From assembly GCF_006345805.1 (NCBI RefSeq), contig NC_043002.1, positions 110,484,001 through 110,548,000 on the forward strand: a DNA stretch of 64,000 bases. Direction: 5' to 3'. This DNA comes from Octopus sinensis (Eukaryota). The notes below the pieces were generated by a model that saw only the letters and a program-made list of their open reading frames with translations, ran no database searches and was not told the DNA's origin. This document shows positions 1 through 12,124 of the stretch, piece by piece; the first letter of the stretch is position 1; each line of letters begins with the position of its first letter. The position numbers and the translations under genes are program-made.

Positions 1-39
1 GGACGCTAAATGATGATGATGATGATGACTGGCACTGAA

Positions 40-1330
40 ATAGGACTGTTCATGCAGTCTTCAAAGTTTATGCTTTATGTTTTTAAGAATTTCTAACTCA
101 GGTGTGACTGGTGTTTTTGCTTTATGAGAACTAGTCTGCATGAAGCTTAGAAGACTTTCTATCAGCTTCCCAGGAACAGCATAACACAATAACTGTTAGC
201 TGATCAACATGAATGCAGTCTGGATTAAATCTTAAGAAACTGACAAATACTTGGTAGTTTTAAGTTCTGCCACAATATGATTTATATATTTTGCATTCAG
301 TGGAACAAATTCTTCATAGATGGTACTGATATGTATCACTGCCAACTACTTCTGGGATTGCCAAATGTTTTCCTTAGAAATGTATCAAATTTGTGCAATA
401 AGCTCAGTAATTCTGCAAAATTCCTATCGTGCTTAGATCCTATGATCTCTTTACTACCCCTAAATGCCAGGCCTCTCTCAGTTAGAAATATTGTCACAAC
501 CACAACATAGTGCAATATTTCAGTCCAATATTTTTTGTTTTTCTAACTCCCTATTAATGTGAATGAAATATCGAACTGTCACACAATCTCTGTGGTCTTG
601 GTTCATCTGTTTTCATTTTCTCTTCTGTTTTTTCTTTTATCCAGTCATTAAAGCCATCCTTGTTGGAAAACTTGTCATGGCAGCTTGACATTAAAGTACA
701 CTAATAGCAATAAACTTCACTTTTTGATGGGCTGTACAGGATCCATTTTCTGAAAAGCTGCTCACAATTGTTACAAGTAACACAAAACAATAAGTTTTTA
801 AAATAATGACAGTGCCCATCTAGTTTGCCTTTACCTTCTTTATATAATGGTGTTAAGATTCTGGGTTCTGAAAGAACATGGACATATACTTTTCTCTGGC
901 AGAAAACTACCAGCTTAGTCTTGACCCCAGGATGGCACTTTGTTGTCCATGTCAGTAGGATGCAGTGATTCTTCATTTTAAATATCTCCAGTTGGTATCT
1001 TCCTCCTATTTTTTGCAGATGCACTTAGGGGTGAAGTCAGTTTCTCAAAAGGGACATCTGTTTCCCTTTTTCAAAGGAAAGAAAAATTCTGCAAGGGTTT
1101 GTGTCTTCGCAAATACAATAGCATTTTTTTCACTTCCTTTATTGGAAATTTTTGTTGACAGCTGAATAGTCTGTGATATACTGGTTATTCTGCGTGAAAA
1201 TATAATCTGAGTAAAAGCAAAGAGAAAATAGTCTCAAGAACCAAACAGGAACTGACAACAGTCATGTAAACTCACTTTGTTTAATTTTGCCTCAGGCATC
1301 CAAAACCAGACAATTTACACATACTTCTGT
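40..1330 (-). pseudogene. Decayed hAT-superfamily transposase (TTF/ZMYM1-like zinc finger type)
   Basis: Minus-strand translation gives RKWILYSPSKSEVYCY (TTF zinc-finger motif), GLAFRGSKEIIGSKHDRNFAELLSLL and HVDQLTVIV, all typical hAT segments, broken by stops and frameshifts. Confidence 0.75.
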
Positions 1331-1343
1331 TAGAATTATATCT

Positions 1344-1730
1344 GTGTGGAAGCACTCCGTCGGTTACGATGACGAGGGTTCCGGTTGATCCGAATCAACG
1401 GAACAGCCTGCTCGTGAAATTAACGTGTAAGTGGCTGAGCACTCCACAGACACGTGTACCCTTAACGTAGTTCTCGGGATATTCAGCGTGACACAGAGAG
1501 TGACAAGGCCGGCCCCTTGAAATACAGGTACAACAGAAACAGGAAGTAAGAGTGAGAGAAAGTTGCGGTGAAAGAGTACAGCAGGGATCACCACCATCCC
1601 CTGCCGGAGCCTCGTGGAGCTTTAGGTGTTTTCGCTCAATAAACACTCACAACGCCCGGTCTGGGAATCGAAACCGCGATCCAATGACCGCGAGTCCGCT
1701 GCCCTAACCACTGGGCCATTGTGCCTCCAC
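1344..1730 (-). mobile_element. tRNA-derived SINE (family D), full length with 10-bp TSD
   Basis: Minus-strand head GTGGAGGCACAATGGCCCAGTGGTTAGGGCAGCGGACTCGCGG...GGTTTCGATTCCC has A and B boxes. TSD AATTATATCT at 1334-1343 and 1731-1740. Confidence 0.85.
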
Positions 1731-2617
1731 AATTATATCTAGGACAGATAAGTAGGCCTGCAGCCAAAAATAAATCAAATGTTAACAGAAAAGAGTTCAA
1801 GCAATTAAAAGTAAATCAAGGATTACAGATTAAAGATTTTGTTTCTATAAAATTACTTTCTTCAAAATTATGTTTCGCTTTCATAGGCCCCTAGAAATTA
1901 AGAAGCACCATAAATGATTCAGAAGAATGCATTGTATTTCATGGATCCCTCTAAACTTCAACTAACCATGTAAAAATAATTCTACTTTTTCTTTTGTTAA
2001 TAAAACTGGCATCTACAGATGTAATGGTTCAAATCATTTTGTGAGGGAAGAAGGTATTTTGGATTGCAGCTACAATATGTTGTTGCTGACATCCCTGAAT
2101 TTATTTTATTGTTTCAATATTTTTCCGATTTGTTTTTAAATCCACCTGTTTACAAACAGGAACTTATAGTAATAGACATCTGCTTAAATAACAACTAACA
2201 TCCTATAGTAATAGCTGAAAATTGGTGACCACAGACAAACTGAAAAATAAAGTTGAAGAATAGCACTGGCAACAGTGAATCACTATCACCAGGGAAATTA
2301 TTTTGTGGACAATTCAAGAAAATAAGAATAACAACAAATTTGTAAGCTGATGATGGTAAAAAATATAAAAAAAAGAAAGGAAGACAGAAAAAAATTAGAT
2401 TTAATAGACAAAAATTTGAACAAGTTTCTATGGTGGTGCTCCAGCATGACCACAGCCACAAGGCTGAAACGAGTAAAAGAGTAAAAGTCATATTCCAAAG
2501 TTGAAAGGATGAAAAACTGGTTATATCTGTGGAGTGATGTTATGCAAGAGATAATTTTATAATTGAGACAGTAAATTAAAAATTAAGATTTAGGATATCA
2601 TTAACTTAATATGACCA

Positions 2618-3032
2618 GGCACAGGAGTGGCTGCGTGGTAAGTAGCTTGCCTACCAACCACATGGTTCTGGGTTCAGTCCCATTGCGTGGCATCTTGGGC
2701 AAGTGTCTTCTGCTATAGCCTCGGGCTGATCAATGCCTTGTAGGTAGATTTGGCAGACGGAAACTGAAAGAAGCCTGTCGTATATATGTATATATATGTA
2801 TGTATGTGTATGTATATGTTTGTGTGTCTGTGTTTGTCCCTCTAGCATTGCTTGACAACCGATGCTGGTGTGTTTACGTCCCCGTCACTTAGCGGTTTGG
2901 CAAAAGAGACCGATAGAATAAGTACTGGGCTTACAAAGAATAAGTCCCGGGGTGGATTTGCTCGACTAAAGGTGGTGCTCCAGCATGGCCGCAGTCAAAT
3001 GACTGAAACAAGTAAAAGAGTAAAGAGTAAAG
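2618..3032 (+). mobile_element. tRNA-derived SINE family B (GGCGCAGGAGTGGCTGTGTGGTAAG head, internal (TA)n/(TG)n, (GTAAAAGA)n tail)
   Basis: tRNA-like head with GGGTTCAGTCCC B box, CTTGGGCAAGTGTCTT central motif and short-repeat tail; more than 10 similar copies in the window. Confidence 0.9.
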
Positions 3033-3087
3033 AGAGCCTGTCAAATGACTATCAGAGGAACTAAATAATGAAGTATTGAAAGTGGCA

Positions 3088-3121
<34 letters not shown>

Positions 3122-3249
3122 ATGTATGCGTGCATGTGTGTGCATATGTATGTGTGTATGTGTGCTTTAATAGAAATTACCAAAATTTGAAATTGATGGT
3201 CATTAATCAAGAAAAAAGTCAAATGACTTCTATTTACTTTCATCTATAT

Positions 3250-3420
3250 ATATATAAAACTGAGAATGTGTGTCTGTCTGTATGTGTGCACCACTAAAAC
3301 TCAAGAACTACCCAATGGATTTCATTCAAATTTTACACATACCTTACTTAGTGTCCATGCAGTGTCATGGGCCAAACAATTTTCAATTTCTTGACTAATG
3401 CGAGCCTAATCCAATCTCTA
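3250..3420 (+). mobile_element. Non-autonomous Helitron/DINE-like 5' fragment
   Basis: Starts with a TATATATAAAACTGAG motif followed by (TGTC)n and a GATTTCATTCAAATTTTACAC motif, typical of Helentron/DINE-like elements. Confidence 0.4.
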
Positions 3421-3588
3421 ATCTCTCATACTGTTTCTGTATTATGTGTCAAAAGTGATACAATAACATCTCTATTAATACTTTCACTATTATATGGTTT
3501 CAAATTCAATTACTTTCATTATGTATCTGTACATATTAGGTTCATGTCTATCGCTTTCAATATGTATTTATATATATATACACACATA

Positions 3589-3629
<41 letters not shown>

Positions 3630-3850
3630 AAATAATAATATTAGGGAGTATAACTCCAAACTTACAGGGAAAAATTCAATTTAGTATTAAATCAAATTTC
3701 ACAATATAAATATATATATATAAATTAGAGAAAAAAAACACCATTATAGACATAAATCATATCATATAGAAAAAATAAAATATATGATAAAACATTTACC
3801 TAGATTACAATAAAGTACATAATAATAAACAGTATATAATTAGTAAATAG

Positions 3851-3960
3851 ACTATGTACGTTTCATGGCTATATCTTCAATTCGAATTACAATTAAATTT
3901 AAATTTAATTGATCCAAAAACAATTCACTTTAAAAGTATAGTCACTCCTCAGGTCAACAA
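3851..3960 (-). ncRNA. Hammerhead ribozyme-like motif (type I, minimal stem III) in a Penelope-like repeat
   Basis: Minus strand: CTGAGGA (3952-3946), stem II GTGACTATA...TATAGCCAT, GAAA (3864-3861), CG, TA giving a GUA triplet. Stem I does not pair cleanly. Confidence 0.55.
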
Positions 3961-4047
3961 TAATAACAACAATAGTTAAATAAATACACATTTTTAATAA
4001 ATAATCAAATAGAATTAAACAATATTTCTTAAAGAAATAAAAACATA

Positions 4048-4495
4048 AAATATCTTCGAAAAGATAAGTATACAATTTATTTAAGAAATAATGGTGTAAC
4101 TTATATGTTTATTGATTGAAAAAATATGGTTTTCTAATGTTTTTATTAGTTAATAATACATTAGATACACACATTTATTTAATTATTCTTATTATTATAA
4201 TTATTAAATGTGAACTTAAATCTAAAAGTATTAAGTGTGATTGCATTGTGAAATAGTTTGTAACATAAAATATTATAGTATAGGTAGTGAAAAGTTTATA
4301 TTTTTTTAGTACTGTTGAATTTAATAATAATAATATGTACTTTTTTCACAAGTAAATTTAAAAACGCCAAGTAATACGTTTTTTGTTTTTAAATATCTTC
4401 GAAAAGATAAGTATACAATTTATTTCAGAAATATTGGTGTAATGTATATGCTTATTGATTGAAAAAATATGGATTTCTAATTTTTTTATTTCAAT
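4048..4495. repeat. Two ~105-bp direct repeats (4048-4150 and 4391-4495)
   Basis: AAATATCTTCGAAAAGATAAGTATACAATTTATTT...TTTCTAAT recurs at a 343-bp offset. Confidence 0.85.
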
Positions 4496-4638
4496 ATGTT
4501 GTGTTTTTCTATGTTAGTGTCATTTTGTTGCATGTGTGTGAGCAAAAAATCTAATTTTTACATACCTCTCTCAATTCCAAAAGAACCTGTTCACAACATG
4601 TTGGGTTATACAGTTCTATATTTAAGAGATGAGGAATT

Positions 4639-5010
4639 CTCTTTTACTCTTTTACTCTTTTACTTGTTTCAGTCATTTGACTGCGGCCATGCTGGAGCAC
4701 CACCTTTAGTCGAGTACTTATTCTATCGGTCTCTTTTGCCGAACCGCTAAGTGACGGGGACGTAAACACACCAGCATCGGTTGTCAAGCAGTGGTGGGGG
4801 GACAAACACAGACACACAAACATACACACACATACATATATATATATACATATATATGACAGGCTTCTTTCAGTTTCCGTCTACCAAATCCACTCACAAG
4901 GCATTGGTCGGCCCGAGGCTATAGCAGAAGACACTTGCCCAAGATGCCACGCAGTGGGACTGAACCTGGAACCATGTGGTTGGTAAGCAAGCTACTTACC
5001 ACACAGCCAC
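4639..5010 (-). mobile_element. SINE family B copy
   Basis: Reverse complement of 2618-3032. Confidence 0.9.
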
Positions 5011-5070
5011 ATGTACATTATTTACATTATTTACAATCGACGGATATTTGTCCTTATCTTGTTTGTTGTT

Positions 5071-5116
5071 AACACAATGTTTCGGTTGATATACCCTCCA
5101 GCCTTCATCAGGTGTC
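5071..5116 (-). ncRNA. Minimal type I hammerhead ribozyme (partly decayed)
   Basis: Minus strand GACAC CTGATGA A GGCTG GAGGGTATAT CAACC GAAA C ATT GTGTT: stem I GACAC/GTGTT, conserved CUGAUGA and GAAA cores. Confidence 0.65.
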
Positions 5117-5196
5117 TTGGGGAATATTCCTGTGCTGTAGTGGTTAAGAGCACAGGCTACTATCTTCAAGATTCCGAGTTCTATTCCAGCCAGTGA

Positions 5197-5259
<63 letters not shown>

Positions 5260-5324
5260 CAACAACAACAACAACATTGAAAAATACCTTAGGAATGAGA
5301 ACCCAGGTTCGAAATTTCCCCCAA

Positions 5325-5370
5325 GACACCCGATGAAAGCTGGAGGGTATATCAGTCAAAACGTTGTGTT
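5325..5370 (+). ncRNA. Degenerate hammerhead copy (core mutated)
   Basis: GACAC CCGATGA AAGCTG GAGGGTATAT CAGTC AAAA CGTT GTGTT. With the 5071-5116 copy the consensus is GACAC CTGATGA AGGCTG...CAGCC GAAA CGTT GTGTT. Confidence 0.5.
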
Positions 5371-6420
5371 AACAACAAACAAGATGAGGACAAATATCCG
5401 TCAATTATAAATAATGTAAATAATGTTGGGTTATGTTCGTCATGAAACATTAGTAGAGTAAAACACTTTAATTTCACTTCTTATCATAGGGCAGAGGGAA
5501 GGGGTGTTTATTTTATTTATTTATCTTTTTGAAAAATTGAAGTTTTAGAGAATTTTTTTTTTCAGAATAATAATGTCTGTATTTTTCTATGTATTTCACC
5601 CTGCAAAATTTTTTTTTTTAATGAAAACTTAATAAATTTAGGGGTGGGGAGGGGATTTAAATTATGAAATGCAGATTTTTTGCAGATTCAGGATCTCCAC
5701 ACTCGATATAATGGGTTCCTGTAAAAAAAAAAAAAACATCCCGAAGGGGGTCAGTCCTTTTTCTTCTTTACCTCTGCCCAGATTTGACTGTTTGGGGAGG
5801 ATAGAAATTAACTCTTGATTACATTGGCTGAGGTTTGCAGAAGAAACACTGTCAGGGTTGATGGCTTTATTGATCTTAAGCCAGTAAAACTGCAGTAGGA
5901 AGTATTTTCACACTTGATGTGTTTGTGTGCTTGATGGTGAGCCAAGTAGTTTGGAAAGAGATCCTTGCAGAAGAGATTTACTTTGTGTGTGCTGTGTTGA
6001 GTTAGATGCAAATGTGACAGCATCCCTCAAGATTAATTCACACATGTCCATCAAATTGGAGAAGTGAAAGAAATAGATATCTTTTTAGATAAGTAACCAA
6101 AAAGACTGACTGCAGTAACTTTTTTTTATTTTGGTATGTAAAGATTTGACAGTTTGCTTTGATCATGTAATTTAAATTATGTGATTAATAATCATCATTA
6201 ATTGATAAAATGTGCATAAGATGGTATAACTGAATATTTCTAAAACAGTTCATTACGTTTTATTTTCTACACATACTCTGTAACATACCCAAACTTTGGT
6301 CTCATATCAAGTGATATGAGTATATTAGCATGAATGGGAATAGATATGAAGTACTGAATACTGATCATTTGTTGTGAAATTTAAGTTTTAAATTTTCACC
6401 ACAGGAATATTTAAACATGC

Positions 6421-6783
6421 ACATAAAAGCACCATCCGTTCGTGTCTGTTGCCAGCTTTGCCTGGCCCCTGTGCCGGTGGCACATAAAAGCACCATCCGC
6501 TTGTGTCCATTGCCAGCCTCGCCTGGCCCCCGTGCCGGTGGCACATAAAAAGCACCATCCGTTCGTGGCTGTTTGCCAGCTCCGTCTGGCACCTGTGTGG
6601 GTGGCACATAAAAAGGACCCACTACACTCACGGAGTGGTTGGCGTTAGGAAGGGCATCCAGCCGTAGAAACACTGCCAGATCAGACTGGGCCTGATGCAG
6701 CCTTCCGGCTTCACAGACCCCTGTTGAACCGTCCAACCCATGCTAGCATGGAAAACGGACGCTAAATGATGATGATGATGATG
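6421..6783 (+). mobile_element. RTE-LINE 3'-UTR-derived repeat (family A) with ~60-bp tandem hairpin units and (TGA)n tail
   Basis: Three GTGCCGGTGGCAC-type units, then GGAGTGGTTGGCGTTAGGAAGGGCATCCAGC...GGACGCTAAA(TGA)n. A related sequence follows the RTE RT ORF at 51.1-51.5 kb. Confidence 0.85.
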
Positions 6784-6799
6784 TATATGTGTGTGTATG

Positions 6800-7140
6800 A
6801 ATATCGGTAAGAATACATCAAAAGGTATATTGGAGAAACAGTCACATAAGACAATAGTGGAGGCATTTAATACAACACTGACAATGTTGAAGGCTCAATG
6901 AGGAAAAGGACCCATAGCCTGCCTTCTTGCAGTTTACAAAACTTTAGATGCAATAAACTCACAGAGAATAAATATTTGGAGAAATAACCTGCTTCCAGAA
7001 GAACAAAAGGCTGCTGCAAAGGCCACTAAGATTGATTCTTGATCAACAAAGCCACAACCAAAAATTGTTGGAGTATGAAGAATTTGAACATCACATAGAG
7101 TGATTATCCCCATTGATAGCAGAAACACTAGCCATGAGTA
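6800..7140 (+). pseudogene. R4/Dong-like non-LTR retrotransposon RT fragment
   Basis: Translates to KGPIACLLAVYKTLDAI...NNLLPEEQKAAAKATK, typical of R4-clade RT; contains stops. Confidence 0.55.
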
Positions 7141-7248
7141 AGGCAATTGGTACATTAATCATGCTAAGCTCGCTTTGCAGCCAGGTAGTTTCAAGTTCAG
7201 TCCTGCTGCATGGCACCTTGGGTAAATTGGTGAACTCCTCCCATTATA

Positions 7249-7410
7249 GGCGTAGGAGTGGCTGTGAGGTAAGTTGCTTGCTTGCGAACCACATGGTTCC
7301 GGGTTCGATCCCACTGCATGGCACCTTGGGCAAGTGTCTTCTACTATAGCCTCAGGCCAACCAAAGCCTTGTGAGTGGATTTGGTAGACGGAAACTGAAA
7401 GAAGCCCGTC

Positions 7411-7466
<56 letters not shown>

Positions 7467-7696
7467 GTGTGTATATGTTTGTGTGTCTGTGTTTGTCCCC
7501 CCAACATCGCTTGACAACCGATGCTAGTGTGTTTACATCCCCGTAACTTAGCAGTTCGGCAAAAGAGACCGATAGAATAAGTACTGGGCTTACAAAGAAT
7601 TAGTCCTGGGGTCGATTTGCTCGACTAAAAAGGCGGTGCTCCAGCATGGCCACAGTCAAATGACTGAAACAAATAAAAGAGTAAAAGAGTAAAGAG
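7249..7696 (+). mobile_element. SINE family B copy
   Basis: Same head, body and tail as 2618-3032. Confidence 0.9.
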
Positions 7697-8944
7697 AATT
7701 ATAGTCTCTAGGTCAGGGGTGGAGAAACTTTTCAATGCGGTGAGCAAAAATTTCCTAAGAAAATGGTCTGCAGGTGGATCCCAAGTTCTAACTCTTATAT
7801 CTGTGTAGATCTTGTATGTATATATGTATAATTCGATATACATTAATAAAGATAAGTTTAATACATTAAATTAATTCATAACATCTTCATTAATGCTGCT
7901 GCTGAATTTAGGATGTTTATATTACTTATGAAGTATTCTATATTTTTCAGCTAGAGTGTAGTTGGATCTCAAGCAGATAGTACAAACCTAGTAATATGTG
8001 TTTCATAGTGAAAACAAAATTTCCACGCAAATGGCAATTATCGGACGATTTCTGTTTGAGTCTGACAATTTTAAGTTGTAGTGGAAACTATGTCGCAAGT
8101 AGGCATACAAATATTGTATAAATTTTATGATTGAAAAATTTACTGTATTTTGTACATAAAAGTATATCAACCTCCTGTGGGCACAATGAAATGGTCTCGA
8201 AGGTGCAATTGTGGCTGGCTGGCAGGTGTTTCCCCATCCCTACTCTAGGCCATCCAGGCTTGTGAGTGAATCTGATAAATAGAAATTCTATGTGTTTGTG
8301 TGTGTTTGTGTGTGTATGTGTGTGTGTGTATGTGTGTGTGTGAGCGTGTTTATGTGTGTATGTGTGTGTGTGTGTGTATGTGTGTGTGTGCATGTGTGCA
8401 CATGTGCTTGTATGTGTGTTGTGTTTGTCTTCCTAATGCTTTACATCTCTATAACTTCGTGGTTTGACATAAGAGACCAATTGAAATAGTACCAGACCTA
8501 AAAGAAACTAAGTAGTGAGGTCAATTTGTTCAACTAAATCATTCAAAGTGATGCCCAAGTATGGCTGTAGTCCAGTGACTGAAACAAGTATAATATAAAA
8601 GAATATACAGATGCAAATGAAAGACGGAATTCTAAAAACTAACACTGACTTAGCCTTTACATGATGTTTCAGAGAAGCATCATTGGAAGAGCAATATATG
8701 TACAAGGCCAGTCTCTTTGACTAATTGATTACACAAAAGTTTTTAATATGGTAAGCCATAAAGAAATGGTTTATATTAGGAGATGGAGATTAAACTGGAG
8801 TCGCAACAATCGGCGGCAATCAGAATTGAATATAAAAATAGAACAATGACAGAGGTGTGTATTATCACTCAGTTTTTTTTTTATACAATGAATTAAGTAT
8901 ACAATTTATTGAGCACCTACATAGCATATAAATAGGAGCACAAA

Positions 8945-9366
8945 GGCACGTAAAAAGCACCATCCGTCCGTGGCCGTTAGCCAGCCTCGCCTGGCCCCCG
9001 TGCCGGTGGCACGTAAAAAGCACCATCCGTCCGTGGCCGTTTGCCAGCTTCGCCTGGCCTCCGTGCCGGTGGCACGTAAAAAGCACCATCCGTCTGTGGC
9101 CGTTTGCCAGCCTCGCCTAGCCCCTGTGCCGGTGGCACATAAAAAGCACCATCCGTCCGTGGCCGTTTGCCAGCTCCGTCTGGCACCTGTGCGGGTGGCG
9201 CGTAAAAAGCATCCACTACACTCACAGAGTGGTTGGTGCTAGGAAGGGCATCCAGCCATAGAAACACTGCCAGATCAGACTGGGCCTGATGCAGCCTTCT
9301 GGCTTCACAGACCCCAGTTGAACCGTCCAACCCATGCTAGCATGGAAAGCGGACGCTAAATGATGA
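8945..9366 (+). mobile_element. Family A repeat with 4-5 tandem ~60-bp units
   Basis: AAAAAGCACCATCCGTCCGTGGCCGTTTGCCAGCCTCGCCTGGCCCCCGTGCCGGTGGCACGT repeated; (TGA) tail. Confidence 0.9.
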
Positions 9367-10599
9367 TACAACACAGTCCTCATTGCAACATTAAAAGTCT
9401 ACCAACATAAGTTAGCACGGTACTGTCACTCTTGGAAAGGGTTGTAGCAAGTATATGTTCACAGTTTGCTTGTTTACCTTTAAATAAGCACTTATCGACT
9501 CATACACTGTTCTCTACAAGTGGGTTATACATCGATCTAGCCATTGTAACTTTATGCGGGCTTTACATCCTATCACATGACAGACCAGCCAAGTGTGGGA
9601 AATTTATGTCTTCGCTGGAGCCCACCATCAGCTATATAAGGAGAGATCTTTCCACTATTAGTCAGTGAGGTGAGTTTGCATGGTCGAGTTCAGATCTCAG
9701 CAGAGAGGAAGTTTATTTTCACAGGTAGCCTTAGACACATACGTCTGTTCCTGTCCTCCAGCAGAAGCCATGTCATGTATTTCCAGTTCTACACTGCATA
9801 CATCATGTACCACCCACATGTGAAACCATATGTATACCCTCTGACAGTAACATTCAAGACGTATCTCAACAGCTTTGCCATGTTAATGCTCTTTAACAGG
9901 TTGAATAAATCATTGCATTTAATCCTTCTGGTTTTCTCATTTATTTTCTTTATCTACATACACACATATATTGGAACTCAATCCAGCTTAATTCGTCAAC
10001 ACAAATCACATTGTTAAAGGGGTTTTATCGCCAATTTTGGAGGTTCGTTGGTGTGTTACTGTTTCGGCTGATGAGCAAACATAGTTGTATATTTTTATTA
10101 GGTGATTAATTAAATATAAACTTCTAATAACTGCTCATAGGGAATGTTGAAGATTAGAATCAAACATGGTAATAATTAGGCTCAAGATGCTGGGAAGAGT
10201 TAGTTTACAAATATGAAGAAGAATTCCTTCCATTTCCTGCTAGATTCAGCAAGGAAAACTCGGCATTGCTTGACAAGAGGTGAGGTCTGTGTTCTCCATT
10301 GCTCTCTTAACCCACTGGCTCATCTGACCTGCTTGTGACAAAAGATAAGATGTGTGTTCTCTGGTGTCTCTTAAACCTCTGCTGCTATTCTTGGCACAGA
10401 AATGCTTTAATAATGAGAGAAGCACACAAACTTTGAGGACATTCAATGATATTCCATGTTGTAGCATGATATTTCTGCAAGCTGATAGGTTAACAATCAG
10501 GACACATTACATGTTCAGAACATGATATATGTGTTTTCCAGGCTGACAACTAAAATATGTTAGGTTTGAATCCCAATTTTGCTGCAGTACTATAAATGA

Positions 10600-11222
10600 T
10601 GAAAGTGAAAAAGTTCAAGATCTTAAAATGCATTAGAGAGAGAGAGAGAGGCAGGGTGGAGGTGGGGGGTCACTGACAAGCTCAAAGAGACTATCATTAT
10701 TTTTTGCAACATAAACATTAGTGAAACAACCTTTAAATAAGACATTAGTTTTAAATATTCAATGATCATAATGATGTCAGATGAGAAAAATATTAAGGAA
10801 ATTGAGTCAAGGATTGGACAGGCCAAGGCTGCTTAGGTGAGGTGAAACACATTTTCAAATAAGCACTTGTCTGTAAGAATGAGAAAAGAATCAGGGGGGG
10901 GGTATACATTATACTGTTGATATGGTTGAGTGACCTGAAACATCAACAAACAAATGCAAAATCTTATTAATGCTATAGGTAAGAGAGTCCAGTTTGCTGG
11001 ACATTGTTGTAGAGCTGAAAAAGAGGTAATTTCTACTCTTCTCCTCTGGAAGCCATCTACTCGCATTACTAGAGGGCGCACACTCTCCTACCCTGATGTA
11101 ATCTCCAGGGATACAGGCATCCAGCAACAGGACCTCCGTAATGCCATGATGGACCGTGAAGTCTGGCGTAGCATGGTAAATTCCATTGTCTCGACCATAG
11201 TCGAACAATGATGATGATGAAT
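10600..11222 (+). pseudogene. RTE-type LINE fragments including a 3' end with (TGA)n tail
   Basis: KEIESRIGQAKAA segment, and ORF 10954-11211 (QFAGHCCRAEKEVIS...AMMDREVWRSMV) ending in (TGA)n. Confidence 0.7.
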
Positions 11223-11247
11223 GCTATAGAATTGTGATTCTTTAGAG

Positions 11248-11522
11248 CAGAGGTTCTCAACCATTTTTTATCTATAGATCTCCTTTGCTGACTATTTTAG
11301 TCTGGTGGATCCCTAGAGCCATTCAATGTTTAAAAACTAGTTTTGTAGATACTTCCTTCAAAATTCCTATTTTGCTTATCACACGTTAACTTGTGTAGAT
11401 TGAGCTATGTAAAATGTTAGAGAAGGAAACTAGTTGTTTCTTGCAATATATATGAATACATACATCTAAAGCAAAATACTTTTGGGGATTCCCAATTTAT
11501 GGACCCTCGTTGAGAACCACTG
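11248..11522. mobile_element. hAT (Charlie-like) MITE
   Basis: TIRs CAGAGGTTCTCAAC / GTTGAGAACCACTG; 8-bp TSD CTTTAGAG / ATTTAGAG. Confidence 0.8.
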
Positions 11523-11541
11523 ATTTAGAGTAACAAATACC

Positions 11542-11771
11542 TATTTCTTTATTACCCACAAGGGGCTAAACACAGAGGGGACAAACAAAGACAGACATAG
11601 GTATTAAGTCGATTACATCGACCCCAGTGCGTAACTGGTACTTAATTTATCGACCCCGAAAGGATGAAAGGCAAAGTCAACCTCAGCGGAATTTGAACTC
11701 ACAACGTAACGCAGACGAAATACTGCTAAGCATTTCGCCCGGCGTGCTAACGTTTCTGCCAGCTCGCTGCC
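11542..11771 (-). mobile_element. CORE-type tRNA SINE (family C) with 17-bp TSD
   Basis: Contains the CORE-like CCTTTCATCCTTTCGGGGTCGATAAATTAAGTACCAG. TSD TTAGAGTAACAAATACC at 11525-11541 and 11772-11788. Confidence 0.85.
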
Positions 11772-12124
11772 TTAGAGTAACAAATACCGAAGTCCTTACA
11801 TGAGTGGAGATCAGAATAAGAAGACAAAAAGCTAAATTCACTGGATGTCATAGGGCAAGGAAACAGAAAAAAACCAAGAAGGACAGAAAGAGAATATGCT
11901 CGTTGACCATACCAGCTGGCTATACAGGGCAGCCCAAGTTGTTATAGGTGGGATAGTAGAGAGTGGTAGTCACTAATCACTGATATCTGTTGTCATGGTG
12001 TATTAAGAATCCTCTCTCCATCAGAAGAGGAATATTCTAAAAGAACTTCCTACCTCCACAGGAGTAGCCAAGATGTCTGATAAGAGAAGCCACATATGTT
12101 TTTTTACATATTATTAACTACATA

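Larger units (their letters stand above)
5011..5426 (+). mobile_element. Composite element: tRNA-like head + (AAT)n(AAC)n + Penelope-like hammerhead tail, preceded by an inverted copy of the tail
   Basis: A-box-like TAGTGGTTAAG (5138-5148) and B-box-like GAGTTCTATTCC (5176-5187). ~112-bp inverted arms at 5011-5124 and 5316-5426. Confidence 0.75.

Noticed and set aside
1640-1725. tRNA-like sequences (also the heads of SINE families B and C)
   Set aside because: They are SINE heads continuous with SINE bodies and TSDs, without a complete cloverleaf or acceptor stem; not tRNA genes.
8945-9200. Regular ~60-bp repeats with hairpins resembling a CRISPR array
   Set aside because: There are no unique spacers and no cas genes, the context is eukaryotic, and the units are part of a dispersed LINE-derived repeat.
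10055-10145. Penelope-like GTTTCGGCTGATGAGC motif
   Set aside because: The CUGAUGA core is broken on the relevant strand and no stem I pairing was found.
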